DNA of 63,340 nucleotides, filler included. It is 18 parts of 18 records of this genome, joined end to end, with 100 filler letters (N's around TTAATTAATTAA, not from the genome) between each part and the next. Parts side by side here need not be neighbours in the genome. Positions count along the whole stretch, not along the records: positions 32,523 to 35,620 come from SRR7504441_64633; positions 35,721 to 39,248 come from SRR7504441_65249; positions 39,349 to 42,902 come from SRR7504441_65262; 15 more parts are not named here. The stretch is one strand, 5' to 3'. The stretch's first letter is position 1. Every line of letters starts with the position of its first letter. Position numbers and translations under genes: made by a program. The notes beneath the pieces were generated by a model, which saw nothing but the letters and a program-made list of their open reading frames with translations, made no database searches and was not told where the DNA came from. This document shows, one piece after another, positions 32,523-43,002 of the stretch.

Positions 32523-33881
32523 CGAGCTTAGGGCGCGGCCTGCGCCGGCTGTGCAGCTTGCCGAGCACGGCCATGCCATTCGACGCGGTGCAGCTCGACC
32601 TCGGCCGGCTCGACCCGGACCAATTCGCCGCCAGGCTCCCCGCAGCGCTGGCGAGCTGGCGGGAGCAGGGCAAGTCCGCAGTCTGGCTGCGCGCCCCCGA
32701 GTCCTCCCCGGCCGGGATGGTGGCCCAGGCGGCCGAGCTTGGCTTCCGTTACCACCACGCCGAGCCCGGTTCGGCCATGCTCTCGCTCTGGCTCGGGCCA
32801 GGAGAGAGCAAGATCCCTGGGTACGCCACGCACAAGGTCGGCTGCGCCGGGATGGTGTTCAACCAGCAAAGCGAGCTGCTGGTTATCCGGGAGACCCGCG
32901 GGGTGGACGGGCGGCCCGGCGGGTTTGGGACCGGCTGGAAGCTGCCCGGTGGGCTGGCCGATCTGGGCGAGGGGATCGGAGCGGCGGCGGCTCGTGAGGT
33001 GGAGGAGGAGACTGGCGTGCTGTGCGAGCCTGTTGGGCTGGTCGGATTCCGGGAGCAGCACAATACGGTGTGGGGCCGGTCTGACCTCTACTTTATATGT
33101 GAGATGACGCTTGCCGGGTCGCCCGAACTGACTGCAGCACCGGGGGAGATCGCTGAGGCAAGGTGGATGCCAGTGGACGAGTTCGCAGCATCTACCGACT
33201 CCCAGATGAACAACTTAGTGGCACGGACCGTCGCGGCCCGGGCCGGCCGCCCCAGCTGCCTGCACCCTACCACGCTGGAAGTCAAGCCGTCGGGCAGCCG
33301 GGGCGGTGTGCTTCACATGCCAGGCCCGCAGCCAGCACTCTCGGCCGCCCAAGCGTGCGCCGTGCTGCTCCGCGAGCGAAGGCAGACGGTGGCGCTCGCC
33401 GAGAGCTCGAGCGGTGGCCTGGCTGCCGGTGAGCGGCTGTGTGCGCTGGGCTGACGGGAGGACAGGGCTGCTGCTGGAGGTGCCTGGCGCTTCGGGGTTC
33501 ATTGGCTCGAGTGTTGTTTGCTACTCAAAGGCCGCAAAGCAGCAACTGCTCGGGCTCAGCCAAGCAGAGCAGCAAACCGCTGCCTCGGCCACGCCCGAGC
33601 ACGCGCTGGTGCTTGCCCGAGCCGCGAGGGAGAGGCTGGGAGCGGACTGGGGTGTCGGGGAGACGGGAGTGGCAGGGCCAACCCCAAACAGCCGAGGGGT
33701 GCCCCCGGGAGTGAGCTACGTGGGGGTGGCCGGGCCGGGCGGCGTCTCTGCGACTTGTCGGGTGGGTGTGGATGGGCTGGATCACACGCGCGGAGAGTGG
33801 ATGCGAACCTTTGCTGCGGGTGCAATCGAGTTGTTGCGTGATACTATCAGCGATGACAAGCAGCGTGACCGTCAATGTTAG
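32523..33881 (+). CDS. NUDT6-type Nudix hydrolase fused to a CinA C-terminal (PncC-like NMN deamidase) domain; 1 intron; frame open to contig edge
   Basis: Pre-Nudix SLASWREQGKSAVWL..GFRYHHA..WL..IPGYATHKVG and Nudix box GLADLGEGIGAAAAREVEEETGV. Intron 33429-33465 joins AESSSGGLAA to GLLLEVPGASG..CYSKAAK..ETGVAGP. Confidence 0.88.
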
Positions 33882-34081
33882 ATCAGTGTCAGGGATTTCG
33901 TCATGGAGTCCTAGCGCCCTTGCATCCGTGGACCGGAGCCGGAGATTTTAACTTTAAGCTCCACTCGCAGGAGGCGCGCAAACTTATCTAACTTATGTTG
34001 TTTTAATTAGAGCTGAATTTATTGTTCTAAATCAGCTTTTGGGGTACATATAGTTGCTTTGGGGTTTAGTTTTCCCCATCC

Positions 34082-35338
34082 TCATTGGTTGTCCATGGCC
34101 GTTCCATACGAGGCTCCCGACTCGTCATCAAGGTGCACTTCAATCATTGGACCATACCACACACCATCCACAAGATCAGCGTTCAACATCTCGTCGGTGC
34201 CATCAGCGAGGTCTCGAGGCTGTAACACCACCCCAACCTCAATCCCGGCAAGGTTGGCAATCAAGGCACCATAAACGCATGAGAGCTCACGGCCCCGCGC
34301 CGCCAGCCAGCCTTGTACATGAGAATAGTTGCCAGTTGTGAGCTGAAGACGTGATATTCGGACTCGAGAAGTTGCTCTTCGGTCTGCAGCTCGGTGGAAT
34401 TGCAACAGAGCCATGGCGGGACGTAACAGCAAGGGCAGCAAGATTGGCAACGCAGCAAGGGGGGGACGCAAGATCGGCCCGGCGAGTCTTGGGTAGGCCT
34501 ACCAATGAAATTGATGGCCTGCACACCGCTTGCTCAGTCCCAACAGCACACCCTTTGGTGCACCTCCTGACTCCATTCTCTGAAGTTGGCAGGCTGCCGC
34601 AGCTCCTGTGAGTAGGCCAACCTCATTTTCTCCTCGTAGGCCGACCACTCCGGTGATCTGAACTTGATCATGTCCAGCCCTTGCACCTCCTGATTCTTGC
34701 CCTTGACTAGCAACGTGTAGGAACGTGGATGATAATCGAACACAAAGGGGCGAGTAGGCTGCTCCCTGCCCCCCCTTCAACCTCTGCGGGAGGCCGGCCC
34801 ACTCGTCGCGGCGCTTGTACGTCGGGATCGCCATCGGTTCCCCACTGGAGCTCCTTGGCTCGCCCTCCAGAGCAGGCCGGTGCACCCTTCGCCAAAACAC
34901 GGCAGCCCCCTGCCGGAGGTATTCCTTGACCACCAGCTGCACTGGGTCCATCAGGCAGTACGGGCCTACTGCCTCCAGCAGGTGTGGCGCTTCCATTTGG
35001 AGTTCCAATCTGCCCACCGTCAACCAGGTCGGCAGGCCGGCCACCGTCCCCCATCCGGTGCTCTGCCGGGAACAGTCGTAGCCGTCCAGACCACCATCCC
35101 GACGTGATCTGCCCAACCGTCCCCGCTCTGACGCTCGTGCTGCGCTACCGATCGGGGAGCGGGTGCAGCAACGAATACAGCCGCTCCCAGCCACTGAGGA
35201 GTGGCCAAACAGGATGAGGTCCCCAGCCCGCATCTGGGTGAGCATCTCGGCAACTGTCGTCCGGTCCGGCGCTCCGCTGACCACCGCCGCCGCAGCCGCG
35301 AGCTTGAGCGCGCCCGCCTCGCCGCCGACTCCCGACAT
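34082..35338 (-). CDS. Permuted papain-like (NlpC/P60 YiiX-type) protein with Ser at the usual catalytic Cys, 5 introns
   Basis: Spliced MRAGDLILF..IRCCTRSPIDHVGMVVW..LLEA..VFWRR..IGRP..VFSSQLA..AG..FMPRDL. Confidence 0.68.
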
Positions 35339-35720
35339 CTCCAGAGAGACGCGTCAACCACTGCTTAGACTACCGGTAAGTTGGCAGTTGCGGACTCTGC
35401 TTATCAGTTCACAACCGTAGAAAAGCTGTTGCATCTCATCGCCACTCTCCTCCTCGCCGCCCAGTGCCGGTGAGCCCACCCCTATGTCCACCAGAGTAGC
35501 CCCCGACGCGTGCTGCCAGTCACGCCGGACCGCCCGCTCTGCCCGGCCCCGCCCGCCTCTGGTCTCTCTGCTTGCGCCCTGGTGTATGCGGGCTCGGCTC
35601 GTCCACGCCAAGTTCCTGACNNNNNNNNNNNNNNNNNNNNNNNNNNNNNNNNNNNNNNNNNNNNTTAATTAATTAANNNNNNNNNNNNNNNNNNNNNNNN
35701 NNNNNNNNNNNNNNNNNNNN

Positions 35721-38700
35721 GTTGCATTCCGCAGCTCGTAAGCAGCACTGAAACCTTGTAAACGTACGCCAGAGGCGATGGCCTCCGGTAAAGGATTCAC
35801 CACTCGAATCGACAATTGAGTGTAGTCGGCGGATAGCGAAGCATGGGCGTCCAGGGCCACTGGAGTGCTGAGCGGCCCGCCAGAAGAAGAGTTGAAGGAA
35901 GCATTGTAGGCTGTGCTAACGTTGAGCACCAGCGGTTGATGAGACAGCGCAAGCATCCTGGCCGAGTAGTAAGTGGGCTGACCCCAGACATGGCCCATGT
36001 TGTCAAAAAAGACAGTCCCCTGGTCCCAATCGTTGCAGTGGCGGTCATCAGTCGCTGGGTTGCAATCAGGGGCGTGGTTTTGTTGGTATGCCTGTAGGCA
36101 GTCCGCCTGTCCAACAAAGCGCACCTGGCTGCCTACGGAACTCGGGCCAGGAACTCGCTGAAATGCGAGCACATTCTGCGCATGGCCGAGGGCGCGTGCT
36201 AGATCGTGGATATTCTTGCCTTGCTGCCACCCCGGTTGACCGTTCTCTTCAAAGACGACTGTCCGTATCCCTTGATGCTTGCCAGAGCACCCTGACTCCT
36301 GTTGCCACTGTGCGGTGAATTTGCGCATCGCCTCGAATCCCTCAGCGAAGCTCGCGTGCGGCTTACCTCCGTGATATGGCGCGTTGGGATCCATACCATT
36401 GACATGTTGGTCCCAACGCACGTCCAAACCGGCGCAATATGCGCGCTGCACAAGTTCCTTTTGATCAGCCTGCTGCTCGTCGAAGTTGCCCCAAGGGTGT
36501 AGCGCGAGCACAAAAGGCAGCTTGCCCAGCTTGAGCTCATCTGCTCTCTTCTGTGCAGCCTGCGCAAAGCTAAAGAAAGCCTCGACGCAGTCGCCATTCT
36601 CAGTGCAAAACTCGTTGTGCTGTGACGGTGCTCTTTCGTTCCCAAGCTCGAGAAGAACTCGGCTTAGATTGTATGGTGCGGCTCGACCGTCCTGCCGACG
36701 TAGTGCCCCGTGGGCTGTTGTGATGTCCCCGAACATGTACTCCACAACCGCGACCGGATCGTCCCTCTCGTTGAGGCTAACAGCAGCTGTGAGCTCGGCG
36801 GCATCACAAAAGTCCAAGAAGTCTACCCAGCCCCAGCCTGCACTTGCAAACGGATACTCTATTCCCATCATGGGCTGGCGATGCCATCTTGGCCCTCGGA
36901 AATTGGCTAACACGTACCCTGAACCAGGAGCAGAATCGGCCGGCACCTGGCTGCGAGCATTGATCGTGCCACCGCCCATCCGCATGCCTCTCATGCCTGT
37001 GCTCAGCAGGAACTCTGCTATATCGCGCCTCACAGGCAACCCCTTGAACCGACCCCACTCTCCCGGCTGGAGAAACGCCATATCCAGATCGAGTGTAGAT
37101 CCCGCTGTGCGCAGCGCGATTACAAAGGATCCGTTCCCAATGCACTGCTTGGAGGGCGTGAGACTCAGGTTGAACATGCCCCATTGAGGCCCCTTCTGAG
37201 GGACCAGCAAACTCTGCTCAGCAAGCACCTCTCTCCCGCAGTGCATCCTCACACTCACTGTACAGTCACGGCCCAAAGCCCTGGCCCAGAGCCACCCTTC
37301 CAGCTCTCCGCCAGCCACCAGAGTCATCCCAGCCATGCCCAGGCCTCGATTCTCAGCCAAGACTTCCTCCCCAGAACTCAGAGCCAGCCGCAAGTACTGC
37401 ACCCCATTGAGCCTCTCACTCGCATTACTACTCCGCAGCGTGACATTAGCACTCGTGTAATCCCCACCTACGCGCCACTGGGAGGAGATGCCCGTGCTGT
37501 TGTTGTAGTCTTCCTCAAATGACTCGCCCACCAGCATCTGGGAGTACAGTCCGCCGTAGATCTCATGCTCAAGGTACTCTATCCCACAGCCTGCGCCGTT
37601 CATCTCCTCTGGCAGCGTTGCCACCACATTTGCTGTGACCGTGATCAGGTTACCAGACCCATTCACCGCCAACCTGGGCACTTCCTGACGACCAAAGTGC
37701 ACTTTGGAAGCAGCCGTCACCTTAAGCAACACGGCATCGTGCGGACCAAGCCTAGCAGTTATAGCTGTGGCGTTGCTCATCACAGCCTGATCGTGCTGCC
37801 AGAGGTCTGACACGTGCAGCTTGCCAACCCCCTGCAGACGCAGGCTCGAAAGAGACACACTCACCGCCGCCGGCACATCAGCCAGATTAAAGAGCGCTAC
37901 AAATCGAGCGTCGTCATTGGCCGCGTCCTGCGCTGCCCATACCACGGACTCGTTTGTTGTTGAGTGAATTACTTGATTGTGGCAACTCTCTCGCTGAACT
38001 GCGAGCACATCCTGGTTTGAGAGCAGGGACAGCGTGCTAAGATTTGACTTGATTGGGTCGCCCCCCCAGATGAGAGGCGCCCGTGCCATGACCCACAGGC
38101 TCACCATCGAGCGCTGCTCTGCTTGAGTGAGTAAAGAAAATCGTGGTTTGCCTCCAGTGTGTGCGAGCCAGCCCATGGGCAGCATGTCTAGATCGGGCGA
38201 GAACAGCCGGGTCGAGTACTCTGCTAGCTCGGCCTCATAGTCAAAGTGGCCTCTCAGCTCTGTCCAGACATCCCAGAAGTCTCCCGTTAGCCTAGCCATC
38301 ATTGGCTGATGGAGCGCCTCCGCCATTTTCTGCGCGGCGATCGCCAGCGTGACATTCGGAGTAGATGATCCTGGCGAGAGTGAAATCAGCATCGGTCGGC
38401 CTCTGTGCTGAATGGCCTTGACCAGCGCAGTGATGTAGGCCTCGCCCCGGAACCAGTCTGGCCCAAACACGCAGTCAATCTTCAGCATGTCCAGCTGCCA
38501 CTCATCGGCATACAGATCAGCCAGCGAGTCAATGTACGGCTGGGCGCCGGGGTGGCTCATGTTGATCCCGTGGACCAGCCAAGGGTTCCACGGGCAATCC
38601 ATCGCCCCGGTCGCCTTGCCGTCCTTATTCACTGGGCCGCCCAGCACTGCAATGTCAGCTGCAGTGTACCTGGTGCCCTTTACCGGCACCCTGGCCTCCA

Positions 38701-39121
38701 CCGCCATTCGCGGCACGCCGCCCATGATCCAGGCGCCCATCTTCAGTCCCAGCTGGTGGACTCTGTCCGCCACTGGCCGGAGCCCGCGTCCCCCGGCACT
38801 GCTTGGGAACTGAGTAGTGTTGGGCACCAGCCGGCCGTACTGGTCTACTGTCTGCGCACCGTAAAGGTTATCCTCGCCGAACCAGCCGCTGTCCAGCGTG
38901 AAGGTTTCGAAACCTTCCAGCCTGTTGCTCAGGGCATCGGCGTCCTGCGCGGCCCGCTGCTCGGTGATTGACTCCCTGCTCTGCGTCCACGGCGGCGAGC
39001 TGTCGTACGAATTCCAGCCTCGTGGTGGCACCCGGAGCTCCGAGTCGGCACAGCGCTGCCCGATCCCCGGGCTGGCCAGGCTCGCTGTGCAGCACAGCAC
39101 GAGCAGATGGATCCGCATCAA
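35721..39121 (-). CDS. Secreted GH27 + GH51 fusion glycosidase, 3'-partial, no intron needed
   Basis: GH27: PPRGWNSY, LDSGW, DQYGRLVP..FPS, MLKIDC, LSPG, RLTGDFWD, PDLDMLPMG. GH51: EIYGGLYSQM..ESFE, RMGGG, LELGNE, VVFEEN. Confidence 0.88.
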
Positions 39122-39467
39122 TGTCGGAACATAAAGTCGTTAGCTCTTGATGGATGTGGGTGGACGTTTGGATCTCGGAAGTGCAAGCACTGGTGGACGG
39201 CGGGGGCCTCGCCGGGCGCCTCTGAGGGGTGCACGGCTGGGCGGGCGGNNNNNNNNNNNNNNNNNNNNNNNNNNNNNNNNNNNNNNNNNNNNTTAATTAA
39301 TTAANNNNNNNNNNNNNNNNNNNNNNNNNNNNNNNNNNNNNNNNNNNNCGATACCACGGATCGATTTCGACTCACACAACTCGGGCCAGCCCAGAGCTTT
39401 CAGCGCCGCATAGAGCGCAGGGAAGGCATGCCCGGCGGCAAGTTGCTCAGGATAACGGAACTACGGC

Positions 39468-39692
39468 ATGCCTGACGGGCCCAACCTTGGGCTGCCCGGG
39501 CCCGGGGTGAGCCTTGGGATGGACGAGCGGGAGTACGAGGTGCTGCTCCGGATGGCCTTCGTCTGGTGCCTGCTCCTCTCCGGGCTGCTCCTGGCCATGC
39601 TCTGGCGCTGCCGCACCAAGCCCGGCCTGATCCGGGTCTCCGACCCTGAGGCCGCCCACACCCTGCTCGCCCGCCGCAGCCCCTCAAGCTAG
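39468..39692 (+). CDS. Possible small single-TM protein or exon
   Basis: Hydrophobic stretch MAFVWCLLLSGLLLAMLW followed by basic residues; GC3-rich codons. Confidence 0.35.
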   Translation: MPDGPNLGLPGPGVSLGMDEREYEVLLRMAFVWCLLLSGLLLAMLWRCRTKPGLIRVSDPEAAHTLLARRSPSS

Positions 39693-40758
39693 CGCCAACC
39701 CCAGTGGATACCCCGGGCGCAGCATGGCCCGATCCTGGGCGCACCTGCGCGCAAGGTCGCGTCACGCCGGTGTGCCGGCGTACCCGAGGATGGTCACCAC
39801 CGCCGGCTGATTGGCAGCCCCCCCGGCGGGACGGAAGCGAGGCGACTGTGGTCGAGCGGGGGGCGGTCGGCGGCACCGAACGGGCCCACGCACGGTGCGG
39901 GGCGCACCAAGAGAGTGACCGCCGTGCTGAAGAGCGCACACGCTGGCCCTGGTTCGGATGGTCGGCACGTCGGCGGGACTGGGTTACGTCATTGGCCTGA
40001 AGGGCGACGGGTCTGAGGAGTGGTGGGAGACAAGGAGCTCAGTCATAAAGCCGAGCCAGCCTGCGTGCACGAACAGCGCTGCCCATTCGAATCGCTCGGC
40101 AGAAAACGCCCGGGCCGGCTCAGTCTAGCTGGGGGCGGCCATTGGTAAGGGGCCTCCGCCTACTCCGGTTCCCCCGCGGACTACCCGAGCAAGTCTCCTA
40201 GGAGGGGATGTGGATGTTCTCTCACACGCGCAGACGCAGCCCGGCCGCTGAGCAGAGGATCAGCCTGCGGATAGCAGCTCGTGGGGAGGCGGTCTGCGCG
40301 AGCGCACCGCGGAGGGCTGACTAGCACAACGTAGAGACTGCTCTCACCGGCAACTGTGAAGATAGATTGACGCTCAGCGCGCTGCTGGCCGGATGAGCTT
40401 TACGATACGTGCTTGCATCGTTTCACGCATTCTTGTGAGATGTCATTACGAGTAATTAGTACGTGTACACAATGTACTCGTACGTAGCCTAGACGTCCTG
40501 CAGCTAAATGAATGATTGATATCGATCACGGCGTTTAATTGCTGACGTGTCATTGGCCTTTAATTATGTCATTGATAATTAACACGTCAATCGTTATTCA
40601 TTAGGGCGATTGTGACATGAGAACACCCTTCGTGAATCCATGCAAGTCAATCAAACCAATTGCACAGCATCAACTTAATCCCAACTCACGCGCCTCGCTA
40701 CCCGACTTGTGCCATCAGCAGCCGGCCACGCCACCCGCACTCCTGCCGCGCCCGCCAT

Positions 40759-41853
40759 CTACCGAACCACTTGCCAAACGTACTCAGTGCAGGCTCCAGC
40801 CCAGCTCTCGCCGAGTCCCTGAGCCGGCGGGCGTGCGTGGTCCAGATCGACTCTTCCAAAGCCCCACACACCTGTGAGACCCGCCTGCCGGCCAGTCAGC
40901 CCCCAACAGCCAGGCTTCACGCACCGCAGCCACAAGCAAATCACCAGTGCCCATGAGGCGAGCGGCTCACTAACTGTTTCCACAAACTGCTCCTTGGCCA
41001 CAAGAGACGTGAACTCGCCCACCAGCCCGGTGATCTGCGGCCAACGGCAGGCGCCCAGCTGCAGCACGTCCAGCCCCGCCAGCCGGCCAGTCAGCTCGTC
41101 CGGCCGCTCGAGAAGCCCCGCCCAGCTGGTTTCTAAGCGGTCCCGGTGCGTGTAGGTAGGGTCATCGGCTGAGCCGGGGGCAAGCATGGTGCACACCACC
41201 CGGATGGCCAGCAGCACCAGGTCGGACGGCGGCTCTAGCTCGCCGCTCTGGAGGAACTGGTCCTCCGTCAGTCGACAGACCGCGCTCACTGCGTCCTTCA
41301 TGATCGTCGACACCGCCGCCTCTTCCTCCGCGCTGACCGGCGGGGCCCGGCTGGCCGCAATTTGGTACGCCCGGGTGCTATACCCGCACATATCACGGGC
41401 CAGCATCAGATTGGACTCGGCATCGGCGGTGGCCAGCCCAACGCTGGCCGCCCGGGCCGCCGCCCGCGCCTCGAATGGTATCAGACTCATCACCAGCCGC
41501 AACGGCCCGAGCGGCAGGCCGGCCAGTCTCAGCCTGCCCGGCCGGGCCGGCGCCTTGGAGGGTTCCGGCTTGGGGGTCGCCGCCGGCCGGACGGCCGGTG
41601 GAGGACGGGTCTTGCCGGCCACTCGCCGGGCGGGGCGGTGCCGCGGGGGGTCGGCGCGGGCGCGGCTCTTGCGGGCAGAGAGCAGCGCCAGCTGCTCCTC
41701 GATCATTTGGCCCAGCCGGTCCGGCCCAGGCAGGACGCGCATGCAGGGACCGCACATTGCCGCCATTTCTGTCGTGGCTTGTGAGCCGTCCAATCCAACT
41801 GAAAACATCGGAGCCGACCACGCTTCATCTCCTCCGACGACGCCGCCCAACAT
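40759..41853 (-). CDS. Protein with an F-box-like motif and a dynein microtubule-binding-stalk-like domain; start and end uncertain
   Basis: LAGLPLGPLRLVMSLIP..RAAARAAS (F-box-like); ELEPPSDLVLLAIRVVCTML..SW..LL..LAGLD..VETVSEPLASWA (MTBD-like). Confidence 0.45.
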   Translation of the reverse strand: MLGGVVGGDEAWSAPMFSVGLDGSQATTEMAAMCGPCMRVLPGPDRLGQMIEEQLALLSARKSRARADPPRHRPARRVAGKTRPPPAVRPAATPKPEPSKAPARPGRLRLAGLPLGPLRLVMSLIPFEARAAARAASVGLATADAESNLMLARDMCGYSTRAYQIAASRAPPVSAEEEAAVSTIMKDAVSAVCRLTEDQFLQSGELEPPSDLVLLAIRVVCTMLAPGSADDPTYTHRDRLETSWAGLLERPDELTGRLAGLDVLQLGACRWPQITGLVGEFTSLVAKEQFVETVSEPLASWALVICLWLRCVKPGCWGLTGRQAGLTGVWGFGRVDLDHARPPAQGLGESWAGACTEYVWQVVR

Positions 41854-41855
41854 CC

Positions 41856-42608
41856 ATGTCGGCTCTGGCGCTCGACGCCTGGCTGGAAGGCGACCTAAGC
41901 CGGATCGGCGAGAGCCTGCGGACCGCGCCGCCGCTCGAGCCCCCCCCGCTGGCCGACTCTCCCTACCTGGGCCCCAGCGCAGGCTCGCCCCCTGCCGCGC
42001 TCGACCACTTGCTCTGCCCGCCTGAGGGGCCCGAACCGCCCGCGCCGATCGAGCCGCCAGAGGAGCCAGCCCCGCCGGTCGAGCCGCCGGTCGAGCTGCC
42101 GGCCCCAGGTCCGGCTCCGGCTCCGCCCGGCCCGGAGGGGCTGCCCAGAGCCGAGTTGGGGCGGCCGGTGGCTTATGTCACCTTCCGGAACTTAGGGGAG
42201 GGCCGGATGGCAGCGCCGACGGTGGTGTGGCAGCCGGGCGGGCAGGCCGAGCTGGAGGGGATGGACATGTCCTGGCTGTTCGGCAGATTCGAGAGTCTGA
42301 TCCTCGAGTTGCTCACCGGCCAGGCTATCCCCAAACCTGCCTCGGCCGCGGCGGTGGCCGCGCTGGAGGACCGGACCCCCGGGCCGGAGGACGGGTCGTG
42401 TCCGATCTGCCTGGGGGAGCTGGCGCAGGAGGAGGACCAGCAGGCGGTGTGTGCCATGCCGTGTGGGCACCTGTTTCATAAGGAGTGTCTCAAGAACTGG
42501 CTGTCTCGGAGGAACAACTGCCCGACATGCAGGCACGAGCTAGAGCCGGAGCCGTCGATGATGGTCGAGCTGATCTCCAACATCGGGCCTCCGACTCCGC
42601 CGCCATGA
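41856..42608 (+). CDS. RING-H2 E3 ubiquitin ligase (RNF115/126/181-like C-terminus)
   Basis: PASAAAVAAL..CPICLGE..MPCGHLFHKECLKNWLSRRNNCPTCRHEL; Pro-rich N-terminus. Confidence 0.9.
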   Translation: MSALALDAWLEGDLSRIGESLRTAPPLEPPPLADSPYLGPSAGSPPAALDHLLCPPEGPEPPAPIEPPEEPAPPVEPPVELPAPGPAPAPPGPEGLPRAELGRPVAYVTFRNLGEGRMAAPTVVWQPGGQAELEGMDMSWLFGRFESLILELLTGQAIPKPASAAAVAALEDRTPGPEDGSCPICLGELAQEEDQQAVCAMPCGHLFHKECLKNWLSRRNNCPTCRHELEPEPSMMVELISNIGPPTPPP

Positions 42609-43002
42609 CTGGACAGCCGGGCATGCTGGACGCCTCTAGTTTGGGCGTCTACCGTATGGGCCGGATCGACGATACGATTAGATCACTACCGAGTATGAGT
42701 AGATCTGGAGCCTTAGTGTACATTACTCACGTGTACCGATTGATGAGCAATCAATTAAAACTATCACGTACAACCCCTGATATCACAAGATGGTAATAAA
42801 TGTATCTATCTATCTAGCAGGGCGATGGACGCCGCACGCGGAGACAGACGAGGTGGGCCAGCTGCTGGAGCGGCTGTGCCGCCGCTGGGGGCTGATGGCA
42901 GCNNNNNNNNNNNNNNNNNNNNNNNNNNNNNNNNNNNNNNNNNNNNTTAATTAATTAANNNNNNNNNNNNNNNNNNNNNNNNNNNNNNNNNNNNNNNNNN
43001 NN

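Noticed and set aside
39700-40600. GC-rich stretch without a clear gene as a possible ncRNA
   Set aside because: I could not support any recognisable rRNA, tRNA or snRNA motif or a convincing structure; it may contain unresolved exons.
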